A stretch of 64,000 bases of DNA from Minisyncoccota bacterium. Lineage in GTDB: Bacteria > Patescibacteriota > Minisyncoccia > UBA6257 > 02-FULL-45-10c. Made by a program: the position numbers and the translations under genes. The notes under the pieces were generated by a model, which saw only the letters and a program-made list of their open reading frames with translations, had not been told where the DNA came from and did not search any database. Below, one piece after another: positions 1-8,942 of this stretch (position 1 is its first letter; every line of letters starts with the position of its first letter). The stretch is taken from NCBI GenBank assembly GCA_028716745.1, contig JAQUPE010000002.1:29819-93818 (forward strand), written 5' to 3'.

Positions 1-282
1 AATAATAAAATAAATAAAATCGCAATAGATTATTTCGGCGGCGGAAGCCCGAAATATTATCTCGGGGACAAGGCCGTAATTTGGAATTCATCTCTTGGAA
101 ATCCAAATGAAGACGGCGTTGAATGGGTGGCAATTTCTGCAAATTCACTGCAAAGCGCAATAGCAAAAACTGCGCCTGGATTTAACCGCAATCCCCAAGA
201 CGAATATCTGTGGCTTAAAAATCCTTACCAGCCAACCGCAAAAGCCGGAACTTCAATTTTTATTTATAAATTATCTGAATAA
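1..282 (+). CDS. 3' end of an unidentified CDS that runs off the window start
   Basis: Frame 1 is open from nt 1 to TAA at 280-282. Translation ends ...GVEWVAISANSLQSAIAKTAPGFNRNPQDEYLWLKNPYQPTAKAGTSIFIYKLSE. A GC hairpin (ccgcgtttgggacgcgg, ~290-306) follows. No family recognised. Confidence 0.4.
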   Translation, partial: NNKINKIAIDYFGGGSPKYYLGDKAVIWNSSLGNPNEDGVEWVAISANSLQSAIAKTAPGFNRNPQDEYLWLKNPYQPTAKAGTSIFIYKLSE

Positions 283-515
283 AAAAATACCGCGTTTGGG
301 ACGCGGCATAAATCTTGTTTTTACCGGATGATATCCTATCTCATTGGTTTTTTATGAAATGACCTCGAGAAAAGAGATATCATAAACGAGTGAGATTCTA
401 TCGGAGTGGTTATTAGCACATTGTTTCTCCCGATATTCTCTCTTTTCGTTAGTCTTCTTTTTCTTTGTTTTAAAATCTTGCTAGCTGTTATCATACAGCG
501 CATCTCCTTTTCTAT

Positions 516-812
516 TCAGGCAGGCACTGCGTTTGATTCGGGGCTTGTCTCGCCTGCTCTTGCCGATTCCGATCCGGGAACTTCGTCTATCGGATCCGTG
601 ATGTTCATTTCCAGAATGGCGTCGGCCTTTGCGATCATCCTTCTTCTCACGCTGCGCGGCACCCTCTTTTCTCCCACCACGATGATGCCTTCCTTTTTGC
701 TCGCGATGATCTCGTAGCTTTCGCCTCCATGGTCTGTACGCAGCCTGACGCTGGAAACTTCCTCCGTCTTCTGGTCCCGGACAATCTTCACTGTTTTGAT
801 GCTGCTGCTCAT
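516..812 (-). CDS. hypothetical 98-aa protein in a locally GC-elevated stretch
   Basis: The ORF is preceded on the minus strand by GGAGGG about 8 nt before the ATG and by a ttgatt-17-tacaat promoter-like pair. The overlapping ORFs 406..717(+) and 481..909(-) lack such signals. No family recognised. Confidence 0.45.
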   Translation of the reverse strand: MSSSIKTVKIVRDQKTEEVSSVRLRTDHGGESYEIIASKKEGIIVVGEKRVPRSVRRRMIAKADAILEMNITDPIDEVPGSESARAGETSPESNAVPA

Positions 813-902
813 GTATTAACCCTCCGTACTCCTGTATTTTGAAACTTAAACAACTGGAATATATTGTATAATAAATATGAGAATAAATCAACCGGTCATT
901 TC

Positions 903-931
903 TTGACAAAATAGCAATAATATGCTATATT
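903..931 (+). promoter_or_regulatory. sigma70-like promoter (TTGACA-17 nt-TATATT) for the 1001..1330 gene, divergent from the 516..812 gene
   Basis: ttgaca at 903-908, 17-nt spacer, tatatt at 926-931. About 60 nt downstream is an AGGAG RBS and the ATG at 1001. Confidence 0.4.
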
Positions 932-1000
932 AAGAACTCAAATTCGATCTTCACAACAGAATATCCGGAAAAACAAAATATCTCAAAAAAGGAGCCCCAA

Positions 1001-1330
1001 ATGAACTGGCAAGAAAAACAAAGACAGGAATTGCACGCATTGGCGCTGGAAGCAAATGCGGCTATATACCGCAAAAACGCCAAGAAAAATTTCTGGAATG
1101 GCATCCGGGGACTCCTCTCTATTATCGGCGGATTGCTGATATTGGGAGGTCTTGAAGGGGCCATCGGAAACGATAATCCTTCCGGCCTCTGGGGCGTTGC
1201 TTTGGGAATTTTCTTTATAACCATATTCAACTGGGAAGCAATTTCCAGTTTTGTATGGTCATTTCTCAGAGAGCCCTACGAGATTCTCTGGTCCCGCTGC
1301 GTGAGAACTCTGCGCAAAAACGGCTGGTAA
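1001..1330 (+). CDS. hypothetical small membrane protein (109 aa, 2 predicted TM helices)
   Basis: AGGAG RBS 6-8 nt upstream. Hydrophobic segments LLSIIGGLLILGGL and GVALGIFFITIF. A hairpin plus T-run follows at ~1340-1385. Confidence 0.55.
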   Translation: MNWQEKQRQELHALALEANAAIYRKNAKKNFWNGIRGLLSIIGGLLILGGLEGAIGNDNPSGLWGVALGIFFITIFNWEAISSFVWSFLREPYEILWSRCVRTLRKNGW

Positions 1331-1402
1331 GCAAACCTCCCGTGCGAGAAAGGACTAGGCCCAAAGCCGATGTCCTTTTTTTTATTTAAAATTTACACTG
1401 GG

Positions 1403-1431
1403 TTGCAAAAATCGCAATATTATGGTATACT
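1403..1431 (+). promoter_or_regulatory. sigma70-like promoter of rnpB (TTGCAA-17 nt-TATACT with TG extension)
   Basis: ttgcaa at 1403-1408, 17-nt spacer, tggTATACT at 1423-1431. The predicted TSS is a few nt upstream of the P1 helix 5' strand. Confidence 0.5.
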
Positions 1432-1436
1432 ACTTT

Positions 1437-1791
1437 TGTTGACAATTTAAGATAATAGCTTCCGATATCTATCGGGAGAGGAAAGTCCGGACACTCGGCC
1501 TGATATTAATCAGGTAAAATGTAGCGGCTAACGGCCGCCGGCAGCAATGCAGAGGTGCGATCAGAAACGTTCCGAATCGAAAGTTTCGGAAAGACCTAAT
1601 CTCAAGCTAATCGGTCTAGTTCAGCTATAGAGATAAAAAAGCTGAAATGAAACGGCTAAATCCTTACAGAGTGCAAGGTTGTGCCCGCAAGGGAATACCG
1701 CTTGAGTCCGAGAGTAATCGAGGACCTAGATAAATTATTATCGTTCTAGCGCAAGTTAGAAAACAGAATCCGGCTTACTACTTGTCAACCA
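1437..1791 (+). ncRNA. rnpB: RNase P RNA (bacterial rnpB), about 355 nt
   Basis: Both universally conserved P4 strands are present: GAGGAAAGTCCGGAC (~1477-1491) and ACAGAATCCGGCTTA (~1762-1776). A P1 pairing joins 5' gttgacaa (1439-1446) with 3' ttgtcaac (1782-1789). The element has its own promoter and an intrinsic terminator and contains no ORF. Confidence 0.7.
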
Positions 1792-1793
1792 AA

Positions 1794-1824
1794 AACCCGC
1801 TGAAAGGCGGGTTTTTGTTTTATT
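1794..1824 (+). terminator. intrinsic terminator after rnpB
   Basis: aacccgc-tgaaagg-cgggttt hairpin followed by tttgtttt. Confidence 0.6.
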
Positions 1825-1833
1825 AATAAAAAA

Positions 1834-2298
1834 TCAATTATCCAGCGCCTCATTAACCAGCTTATCCGCTTCTTTATTCTGCTCTCGCGGAATATGCATA
1901 AAGGAAACTTTTTTTAAATCTAATTTTAAATTCCAGATTTCCATAAACAACTTCTGCAAGCCCTCTTCTTTTACTTTATATTCCCCATTTAATTGTTTTA
2001 CCGCCAGCTCGCTATCTAGCTTAAAATCCGCTTCGGCATTTTTAATATCTTTTTTTCCAACCAATAATTTAAGCTTTTTAAGCGCAAAAATTACCGCTGT
2101 ATATTCAGCAACATTATTAGTGGTGCTTCCAATTTTTTCTCCATATTTTTTTATTCCGGCAGATGAATTTATCACAACACCGATTGCCGCCGGACTGGGA
2201 TTTCCTCTAGCTCCGCCGTCTGTATAAATAACGTATTTGCCCTGGCCCCTGGCCGGACAAGCGGACAGGCTATTATCCCCAAAAAGAGTTTTAGACAT
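1834..2298 (-). CDS. rnhA: ribonuclease HI, with a 20-aa N-terminal extension that contains a GC-rich repeat
   Basis: YTDGGARGNP...EYTA...MHIPREQNKEADKLV, consistent with an RNase H fold. The ATG overlaps the upstream DHH gene stop (ATGTCTAA), suggesting translational coupling. Confidence 0.85.
   Translation of the reverse strand: MSKTLFGDNSLSACPARGQGKYVIYTDGGARGNPSPAAIGVVINSSAGIKKYGEKIGSTTNNVAEYTAVIFALKKLKLLVGKKDIKNAEADFKLDSELAVKQLNGEYKVKEEGLQKLFMEIWNLKLDLKKVSFMHIPREQNKEADKLVNEALDN
2239..2271. repeat. 33-nt GC-rich repeat, copy A (gccctggcccctggccggacaagcggacaggct), in frame inside rnhA
   Basis: A 17-nt exact match (ccctggcccctggccgg) plus flanking similarity to copy B at 13415..13448. It is strongly GC-rich in an AT-rich context. 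Confidence 0.6.
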
Positions 2299-3265
2299 GT
2301 TTATTTAAATATTCTACAACTTTATGCGCGGCATTTATAGCCTGATTTCTTGTTTTAAAATTGGCAGCTCCGGCAAAAATATGTCCCCCGCCAAAAAAAT
2401 CACGCTTAAGCAATTCTCCTATATTTACATGCCTTAACGGACGATTCCAAGGATTCGAACCAACATGTATGGCAAATGGCCTCTCAGAATGCCCGTGTTT
2501 TGAGATAAATACGTTATAACGGCAGGACGGATAAAGCTTATAAATCAAAAATCGCGGATCTATTAAATCCTTAGGGCTGGTATCCAAAAACACCACTTTC
2601 CCCTCCACTATATTTTCCTTTATAAAATTTACTGTTTTATCAAATTTTAATTTATAGGCCCTAATAACTTTTTTAATTTTTGGATGCCGGACTATTTGCT
2701 TCAAAGATTTTTCGGCAAACTCATTAATTAAAAATGCTTCAAAAGATCCGAAATTGCTTTCTTCAAGAAAAACATTGATTTGCATGGCAGGGTGATTTAA
2801 ATCAACCGCCTGGGAAGCAGATTTAAATTTTGCTCTGTCTATTATATCTGCCCATTTAACTAATGCCTTTAAATTTTTATTTAATTTAATTCCCAATATT
2901 TTTTCAAAGTGCTTTGCTATTAGTCCACAAGTAGAATCGCTATCCGCATCCAATAAATGAAGGTTGTCTTTTTTAAAATTGTTTTCCCACTCTTTTTTCT
3001 TAAAAGTAGATTTATGATGGTCAAACCAAATCTCTGCCCTGGGATGATACCAGAAATCCGTAACTATTATCGGATATTTTTCTTTCAAGGATTTCCATTC
3101 TTCGAAAGAAAACCCATGGCCCATAAATTTAAATTTTTTGATATTTGATCCGCAAGATTTCAGAAAATAAAGAAGAACCGCCCCCGAGGCGATTCCATCA
3201 AAATCATGATGATAATAATATGAATAATTTTTGGAAAAATTAATTTTGCTTTTCTTCTGCTGCAT
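2291..3265 (-). CDS. DHH/DHHA1 family phosphoesterase (NrnA-like nanoRNase / pAp phosphatase type)
   Basis: HHDFDGIASGAVL (DHH motif) and GGGH near the C-terminus (DHHA1). Confidence 0.75.
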   Translation of the reverse strand: MQQKKSKINFSKNYSYYYHHDFDGIASGAVLLYFLKSCGSNIKKFKFMGHGFSFEEWKSLKEKYPIIVTDFWYHPRAEIWFDHHKSTFKKKEWENNFKKDNLHLLDADSDSTCGLIAKHFEKILGIKLNKNLKALVKWADIIDRAKFKSASQAVDLNHPAMQINVFLEESNFGSFEAFLINEFAEKSLKQIVRHPKIKKVIRAYKLKFDKTVNFIKENIVEGKVVFLDTSPKDLIDPRFLIYKLYPSCRYNVFISKHGHSERPFAIHVGSNPWNRPLRHVNIGELLKRDFFGGGHIFAGAANFKTRNQAINAAHKVVEYLNKHV

Positions 3266-3269
3266 TTAT

Positions 3270-4307
3270 CTATTTTAAAGCCTTAATTCCGGGCAATTTT
3301 TTACCGGCTAAAAATTCCAGCATTGCTCCTCCGCCGGTTGAAAGAAATTTTATTTTTTTATCAAGATTTAATCCCACCAAAAAATTAGTAGTCTCTCCCC
3401 CGCCGACGATAGTAAAAGCCCCGGAATTAATAATCATCCTTGCGATAGACGCCGACCCGATGGCATATCTTTTCTTTTCATTAAAGCCAACCGGACCATT
3501 CCAAATAATAGTTTTAGCTCCCTTGATAAGCTTTCTGTATTCATTGATTGTTTTTGGACCGATATCCAAATGATTATTTCCCGATTTTGCGCTATCAACC
3601 GGCAACACTACTTTTTTCATTTTTAAATAAGGCTTTACTTCTCTGCTGCTCAAATTCAAAGCCGAGCTGCCAAGCAAGAAATATTTAGCCTGTTTGGACA
3701 AATTCCTAATAATGCCTATTTTATCGGTTATTTTGGACCCTCCCAGAATAACAACCAGCGGTTTTTTAGGCCTAAAAGCTAAAGATAAATTTTTAATTTC
3801 CTGTTCCATTAAAAGGCCCGCATAGCTCGGCAAATATTTTGTTATCGCCGCCACGGAAGTATTCGCCCGATGGCTTACCGCAAAAGCATCATTAACATAA
3901 AAATCTCCCAGGCTTGCCAATTTTTTGGCAAGAGCCGAATCATTTTCTTCCTCCTCTTTTAAAAAACGCAGATTTTCCAGCAAAAAAATCGTTCCAGGCT
4001 CAACGAGCTTTAAATACATTTTTATTCCGTTAAAATCAAAGCTTCTCAAAAAAATTACTTTCTTGCCTATTTCTCCTGACAAAGTTTCTGCCATTTGTTC
4101 CAAGCTCAAATTCTTATCAGCTCCCTTCGGCCTCCCCCGATGGCTTAAAATTAAAACTTTTGTATTTTTTTCAAGCAAAAATTTTAAAGTCGGCAAAATC
4201 GCTTTAATGCGAAAAATATCTTTTGGAGACTTTAAATTAAAATCAACCCTTAAAAGGCATGTTTTGCCCGTTAAATCTTTGCCGGCAAGTTTTTTTAAAT
4301 ATTTCAT
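3270..4307 (-). CDS. pgk: phosphoglycerate kinase
   Basis: LLRVDFN...ILSHRGRPKG...STGGGAMLEFLAGKKLPG, conserved PGK motifs. Confidence 0.9.
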   Translation of the reverse strand: MKYLKKLAGKDLTGKTCLLRVDFNLKSPKDIFRIKAILPTLKFLLEKNTKVLILSHRGRPKGADKNLSLEQMAETLSGEIGKKVIFLRSFDFNGIKMYLKLVEPGTIFLLENLRFLKEEEENDSALAKKLASLGDFYVNDAFAVSHRANTSVAAITKYLPSYAGLLMEQEIKNLSLAFRPKKPLVVILGGSKITDKIGIIRNLSKQAKYFLLGSSALNLSSREVKPYLKMKKVVLPVDSAKSGNNHLDIGPKTINEYRKLIKGAKTIIWNGPVGFNEKKRYAIGSASIARMIINSGAFTIVGGGETTNFLVGLNLDKKIKFLSTGGGAMLEFLAGKKLPGIKALK

Positions 4308-4313
4308 TTTATT

Positions 4314-5348
4314 CTAAAGAAGAAACCTGCTGATAAAAAATAGAATCAGTCCTAGCGCGCTAATAACAGCTGAGATAATCCAAAATCTCATTGTTACTTC
4401 CGTTTCCGGCCAGCCAATTGATTCAAAATGATGATGCAGAGGCGCCAAGGCAAAAACTCTTCTTCCAAAAAACTTCCTGCTAATTACCTGAATTATCACG
4501 GACAAAGATTCTATCAGCGGAATAAAAGCGAAGAAAGGCAAAAACAAAGCTGTATTTGTAAGAAGCGCAACAACTCCCATTGTTATTCCTAGCGCCATTG
4601 AACCGGTATCTCCCATAAAAAATTTCGCCGGATAAATATTAAACCACAGAAATGCCAGCAATGCCCCGATAAGCGTTCCGCAAAAAGCCGCTATATGATA
4701 TTTTCCCAAAGCAAAAGCCACTATAACCAGCGCGCCAAAACTAAAAAGCGAAACTCCCCCGAGAAGCCCGTCCAGTCCATCTGTTTCATTTGCCGAAAAA
4801 GCGCTGGCAATCATGATGAACATAAAAATCGGAATATACCACCATCCTATTTCCACATTTCCATAAAAAGGAACATATAAAGTATTAAAACCCAGCTTGA
4901 AATAAAACCACCATCCGCCGATAGCGGCAATAATCGCATAAAGAATAAGTTTTTGAGAAACCTTAAGTCCTCCGCCGTTTGCGCCAATTCTCAAGGCTCC
5001 CATTATGTCGTCAAATAAACCGAAGGCTGCCGCAAGAAACATCGCCGCTAACGGCAAATAAGTTTCGGCACGATCAATAAAATTTAAATATCCCCAAAAT
5101 CCGTCGAAAATCCAGGCCAGCAAAGCCACAACCGCGGCAATTCCAAAAACTGTCGCCCAAATAATAATCCCTCCCATCGTCAGGGTATTTTCTTTGTGCT
5201 TATGAAGATTATAAAAAACCGGAACATTGCGAATCTGTTTGTTCGCATGTATTTTTTTCAACAATTGAACGACAAAGGGCGTAATTAGCAATGCCGCCAA
5301 AAATGATATTGTCGTTAAGCTTAATATGCGTGCTGCTTGGAAAATCAT
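4314..5348 (-). CDS. mraY: phospho-N-acetylmuramoyl-pentapeptide transferase
   Basis: TMGG, NETDGLDGL, DTGSMALG and HHHFE motifs on a polytopic membrane protein. Confidence 0.85.
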   Translation of the reverse strand: MIFQAARILSLTTISFLAALLITPFVVQLLKKIHANKQIRNVPVFYNLHKHKENTLTMGGIIIWATVFGIAAVVALLAWIFDGFWGYLNFIDRAETYLPLAAMFLAAAFGLFDDIMGALRIGANGGGLKVSQKLILYAIIAAIGGWWFYFKLGFNTLYVPFYGNVEIGWWYIPIFMFIMIASAFSANETDGLDGLLGGVSLFSFGALVIVAFALGKYHIAAFCGTLIGALLAFLWFNIYPAKFFMGDTGSMALGITMGVVALLTNTALFLPFFAFIPLIESLSVIIQVISRKFFGRRVFALAPLHHHFESIGWPETEVTMRFWIISAVISALGLILFFISRFLL

Positions 5349-6226
5349 ATTTTTTTAACCCAATTTAAAACTTTTAAAGTTTCCCCAAATCTATTTTCCG
5401 ACCCCAAAACTACAATAAATAATTCCTTATCTCCATCTTTAAATATGGATATAAGATTGCCTTTAGAAGTCTCTATATACCCGGTCTTTCCTCCTAAAAA
5501 GTCATTTCTTCCGGCAAATTCATTGATACTAGAAAGCGTCTTTTTTCTGCCTCTGCTTATATCCCATAATTCTACAACATTTTGCCTGGAAACGTCCAAA
5601 ATACCGCGCTGATTTTTATATATATACTTTGCCAATCTTCCCAGATCTTCTGCCGTAGATTGATTCAAAAAAGACAAGCCTGACTCGTCAAAAAAAGTTG
5701 TTTGAAACATTTCAAGCTCGGCAGATTTTTTTTGCATTGCATCAATAAATTCTTTTTCTCCATAAAACTTTGATATGGCAGTAGCCGCATTATTGCTGGA
5801 AACCGACATCATCGCCTTTATTAAATCTCCAAGCCTGTAAACCTCTCCTTTCACCAAACTATTAAAAGCATATGAAGAATTATGGTCATCCACTACTGGA
5901 ATTTTTTCGCTGACGCCTATCTGCTCCGAAGCAATAAGGGCTGTCATTAATTTAGTCAGCGAAGCGCAGGGCCATCTCTCGTCGCCTTTTAAATTTAAAA
6001 AAATCTTGTCGCTATTTAAATCACCGACTAAAACAGACTTAGCGCTCAAATTTAAATCTATAGCATCCAAATCTTCTTGCATCACAACTGCCTCTACGGC
6101 AGCTAAGCTGGAGCTCTTTAAATTTTCTCCATAAGAAATCTCTGCGGATTTTTTGTCTCCAAACATAATCCCCCCAAAGACAAAAATGGCCAAGACTATG
6201 ACGATTGGCAAAATAAATTTTTTCAT
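5345..6226 (-). CDS. D-alanyl-D-alanine carboxypeptidase (S11 / PBP5-like low-MW PBP)
   Basis: Signal or TM anchor; SLTK (SxxK), SSNN (SxN) and KTG motifs. Overlaps the mraY start by 4 nt. Confidence 0.8.
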   Translation of the reverse strand: MKKFILPIVIVLAIFVFGGIMFGDKKSAEISYGENLKSSSLAAVEAVVMQEDLDAIDLNLSAKSVLVGDLNSDKIFLNLKGDERWPCASLTKLMTALIASEQIGVSEKIPVVDDHNSSYAFNSLVKGEVYRLGDLIKAMMSVSSNNAATAISKFYGEKEFIDAMQKKSAELEMFQTTFFDESGLSFLNQSTAEDLGRLAKYIYKNQRGILDVSRQNVVELWDISRGRKKTLSSINEFAGRNDFLGGKTGYIETSKGNLISIFKDGDKELFIVVLGSENRFGETLKVLNWVKKI

Positions 6227-6243
6227 AAATAAAATTAACTGCT

Positions 6244-6957
6244 TTACTCCGATGGATTTTCCTCTGAAATAATTTGCTTAGGTTCTTCTTGCTGGGCAGG
6301 CTGCTCTACCAAATTTTCTTCCGGAGCTTTTTGCTGAGGAGCTTCTTGCGGAATAGGCTGCGCTGCAGAACCTTCTTCAAAAACTCCCTGTTCTGGAGCC
6401 TCCGGCTTTGCGAGCTGTACCGATTCTTGGTATAGCAAATTTACCAATCCGCTATATTTCTGAAATTCCGGCACCTCCTCATTAGAAGAAATTCCCAGCC
6501 TCTTAAGCAAATCAAAAGTTATCTTATATACATAGGCATTTCCTCCCCTTGGATTGTCCTTCCTTTCTATAAGCCCTCTCATTAAAAGGCTCCTCAATAT
6601 AAAACTCGAATTGACCCCTCTTATGTACTCAATGTCGGCGCGAGTAATCATCGGCGAATAAACTATAATAGACAGAGTTTCGAGCGCCGCGGGAGTAAGC
6701 TCGTCGGTATATTCCTGCTTTATCAAAGATTCTAAAATATTGGAAAACTCCGGCTTAGTCGCCAACTGCACCTTTTCCCCGTCTTTCATCAAAGTTAAAC
6801 CTCTTTCCGCCCTGATTAATTCAGCCTCTAATGAAGCTAAGGCAACCGAAGTCTCCTCCTCCGACAGACCCAAAATCTTCCCGATTTTTTTAATCTCTAT
6901 CGGCTCGCCATATATAAATAGTAAGGCCTCTAATTTTGATAAAATATTTCCTTCCAT
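6244..6957 (-). CDS. scpB: segregation and condensation protein B, with a Pro/Gln/Glu-rich C-terminal tail
   Basis: Winged-helix ScpB N-terminal pattern (LEALLFIYGEPI...). Lies immediately downstream of scpA. Confidence 0.85.
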   Translation of the reverse strand: MEGNILSKLEALLFIYGEPIEIKKIGKILGLSEEETSVALASLEAELIRAERGLTLMKDGEKVQLATKPEFSNILESLIKQEYTDELTPAALETLSIIVYSPMITRADIEYIRGVNSSFILRSLLMRGLIERKDNPRGGNAYVYKITFDLLKRLGISSNEEVPEFQKYSGLVNLLYQESVQLAKPEAPEQGVFEEGSAAQPIPQEAPQQKAPEENLVEQPAQQEEPKQIISEENPSE

Positions 6958-7667
6958 TAGTCTTGCTTTTTGTTAATTATAATATCAGAAAACTGCCCGT
7001 CTTGTTTAGCCTCTATAATCCTGTCGCGCAATAAATGAAGAATTGCCAAAAAAATCATAATGACCTCCATTTTTGATTTTTGGCAGGACAAATCGCAAAA
7101 ATTATGATTGGCTCCCTCTGTAAATCTCAGCATCAATTCTTCCATTTTTTCTTTTACTGTAATTACAACTTTTCTGATGGACTGCTTTTCCGGAACCAGC
7201 TTCTGAAGATCGCTTACCACTTTGCAAATTGACGCTTCTAATTCCTCAATCGTTAATTTAGACGGAGGGCAAAACACCGCCGGCATATTGGACAAAAATT
7301 CTCTTGAAAAAGATTGTTTATTTTTATTCCATTCTTTTCCTATGTTTATCGATGCTATCTTATATTCTTTATAAATTTTTAATCTAGATTCCAAGTCCTT
7401 AATATCTGCTTCTTCTTCATTGCTTAATTCCAAAGACGGCAGAAGATTTTTAGATTTAATAAGCAAGAGACGCGAAGCAACAACGACAAAATCCGCAATC
7501 ACGCTCGGGTGCTTTGATTCTTCCGCCAAGGATTTCAAATAATCCAGAAAGTCGGCCGTTACCTCGGCCAAACTGATGGTGGTTATTTCCATCTTTTTTT
7601 CCTCTATCAATTCCAGCAATTTATCCAGCGGTCCGGAAAATTTATCTGTTTTTATTTCGTAAGGCAT
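6957..7667 (-). CDS. scpA: segregation and condensation protein A
   Basis: FSGPLDKLLELIEEKKMEITTISLAEVTADFL, typical of the ScpA N-terminus. Start chosen at MPYEIK (the ORF track extends to 7721); TAATG overlap with the upstream gene stop. Confidence 0.8.
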   Translation of the reverse strand: MPYEIKTDKFSGPLDKLLELIEEKKMEITTISLAEVTADFLDYLKSLAEESKHPSVIADFVVVASRLLLIKSKNLLPSLELSNEEEADIKDLESRLKIYKEYKIASINIGKEWNKNKQSFSREFLSNMPAVFCPPSKLTIEELEASICKVVSDLQKLVPEKQSIRKVVITVKEKMEELMLRFTEGANHNFCDLSCQKSKMEVIMIFLAILHLLRDRIIEAKQDGQFSDIIINKKQD

Positions 7668-8884
7668 TATAATTCTTTTACTAAAAGCGCTCCTTGAGTA
7701 TAAGTATTTGAAGGATCCCAAAGCATCCAGCCCATCGGCGTAGTCGAAGCAGCCTTCTCCGCTGCGGTTATTTGAGCTCTCACTCTTTCCGCGGTATAAG
7801 TCGCGCCCAGGTTAAAATCCTGAAGCCACGGCCTTAATTGAGGAAAACTGGTCGCCGTAGTTGAGGCAGACCACATATAATTTTTCAATCTTTTCTGCGC
7901 ATCGCTCATTGATTTATAAACAACCTCATATGGATAAAGAGCCGGATTCTGATAACCATTAAATCCTTTCGTGTAATGAGACGGATAAACCATCGGCGCA
8001 ATTGCGTCAAAATATGGGAACAAATCATCCAAATTTTGCCCGATTCCCAAATCGTCATAATTAACCGTCACCAATCCAAATAAATCAGCCGAGATCTTCG
8101 CGCCCGCTAAAGACTCGCGCAAATATTTGCTGAAATTTTTAATTACTATGTGCTTATAGGTTTTTCCGTTCCACACCGGATATTTTATATCTTTCATATT
8201 TCCGTCCGAAGCAAATCTCATATAATCAAAATTTACTTCATCAAACCCGTGCGCCAAAGCATCTTTGGCAATAGCTATGTTGTAGTCCCACACTTCCTGC
8301 GAAGACGGGTCCATCCATTCCAATCCTTTTTTATCTTCCCAGACTCTTCCCGTTGAACTGCTATGCGCGGCCAAATCCGGACGATTTTTCGCCAAAATCG
8401 GATCTTGAAATACCGCCAATCTCGCAATCACATAAATTCCCTCATCATGAAGCTCTTTAATTAAACTATTTATTTTTGGAATTTTTATTTCTTCCGCTCC
8501 ATATTTTCCAACCAAATCATAATCCATATCGTAGGCTACGGTTCCCGAATAATCTTTGATATCTATCACTATGGCATTAAGCTCCGTTTCTTTTATAAGC
8601 TTTATAAAATAATCTATTTTCTTTGCGCTGCTCGCAGACCACGCTGTCGCATAAACTGCTTTGATAACTGTTGGGGGATTTTCTAAAGGTTTTTGTATTT
8701 CTATATCCGTAACTAAATTTTTCGGTTTTTCTACTTCTGCAGATACAGCTACCACTGCCGCTTCTTTTTTGCCGATGCTATCGATATTAATTCCCGATAA
8801 ATCTATTTTATTTTGCGCTGATAACAGCAAAAAAACGCCGGCTCCGGCTATCACTAAAAGTAAGGGCTTAATTAATCTATGCAC
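7667..8884 (-). CDS. putative glycoside-hydrolase-like TIM-barrel lipoprotein/secreted protein (GHL10/DUF4015-like)
   Basis: N-terminal signal/TM; conserved pattern ...NAIVIDIKDYSGTVAYD...VIARLAVFQD...GFDEVNFDYMRF... typical of that family. Tentative family call. Confidence 0.5.
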   Translation of the reverse strand: MHRLIKPLLLVIAGAGVFLLLSAQNKIDLSGINIDSIGKKEAAVVAVSAEVEKPKNLVTDIEIQKPLENPPTVIKAVYATAWSASSAKKIDYFIKLIKETELNAIVIDIKDYSGTVAYDMDYDLVGKYGAEEIKIPKINSLIKELHDEGIYVIARLAVFQDPILAKNRPDLAAHSSSTGRVWEDKKGLEWMDPSSQEVWDYNIAIAKDALAHGFDEVNFDYMRFASDGNMKDIKYPVWNGKTYKHIVIKNFSKYLRESLAGAKISADLFGLVTVNYDDLGIGQNLDDLFPYFDAIAPMVYPSHYTKGFNGYQNPALYPYEVVYKSMSDAQKRLKNYMWSASTTATSFPQLRPWLQDFNLGATYTAERVRAQITAAEKAASTTPMGWMLWDPSNTYTQGALLVKEL

Positions 8885-8942
8885 GTATGTATTCTACTTA
8901 AAAATAAGCGTATTTTCAACCTTTTATTTCCAGCCATTATAG

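Noticed and set aside
406-909. Overlapping ORFs 406..717(+) and 481..909(-) competing with 516..812(-)
   Set aside because: Only 516..812(-) has a GGAGG-type RBS at the right spacing and a plausible promoter. The others are treated as shadow frames, though none has a recognisable family.
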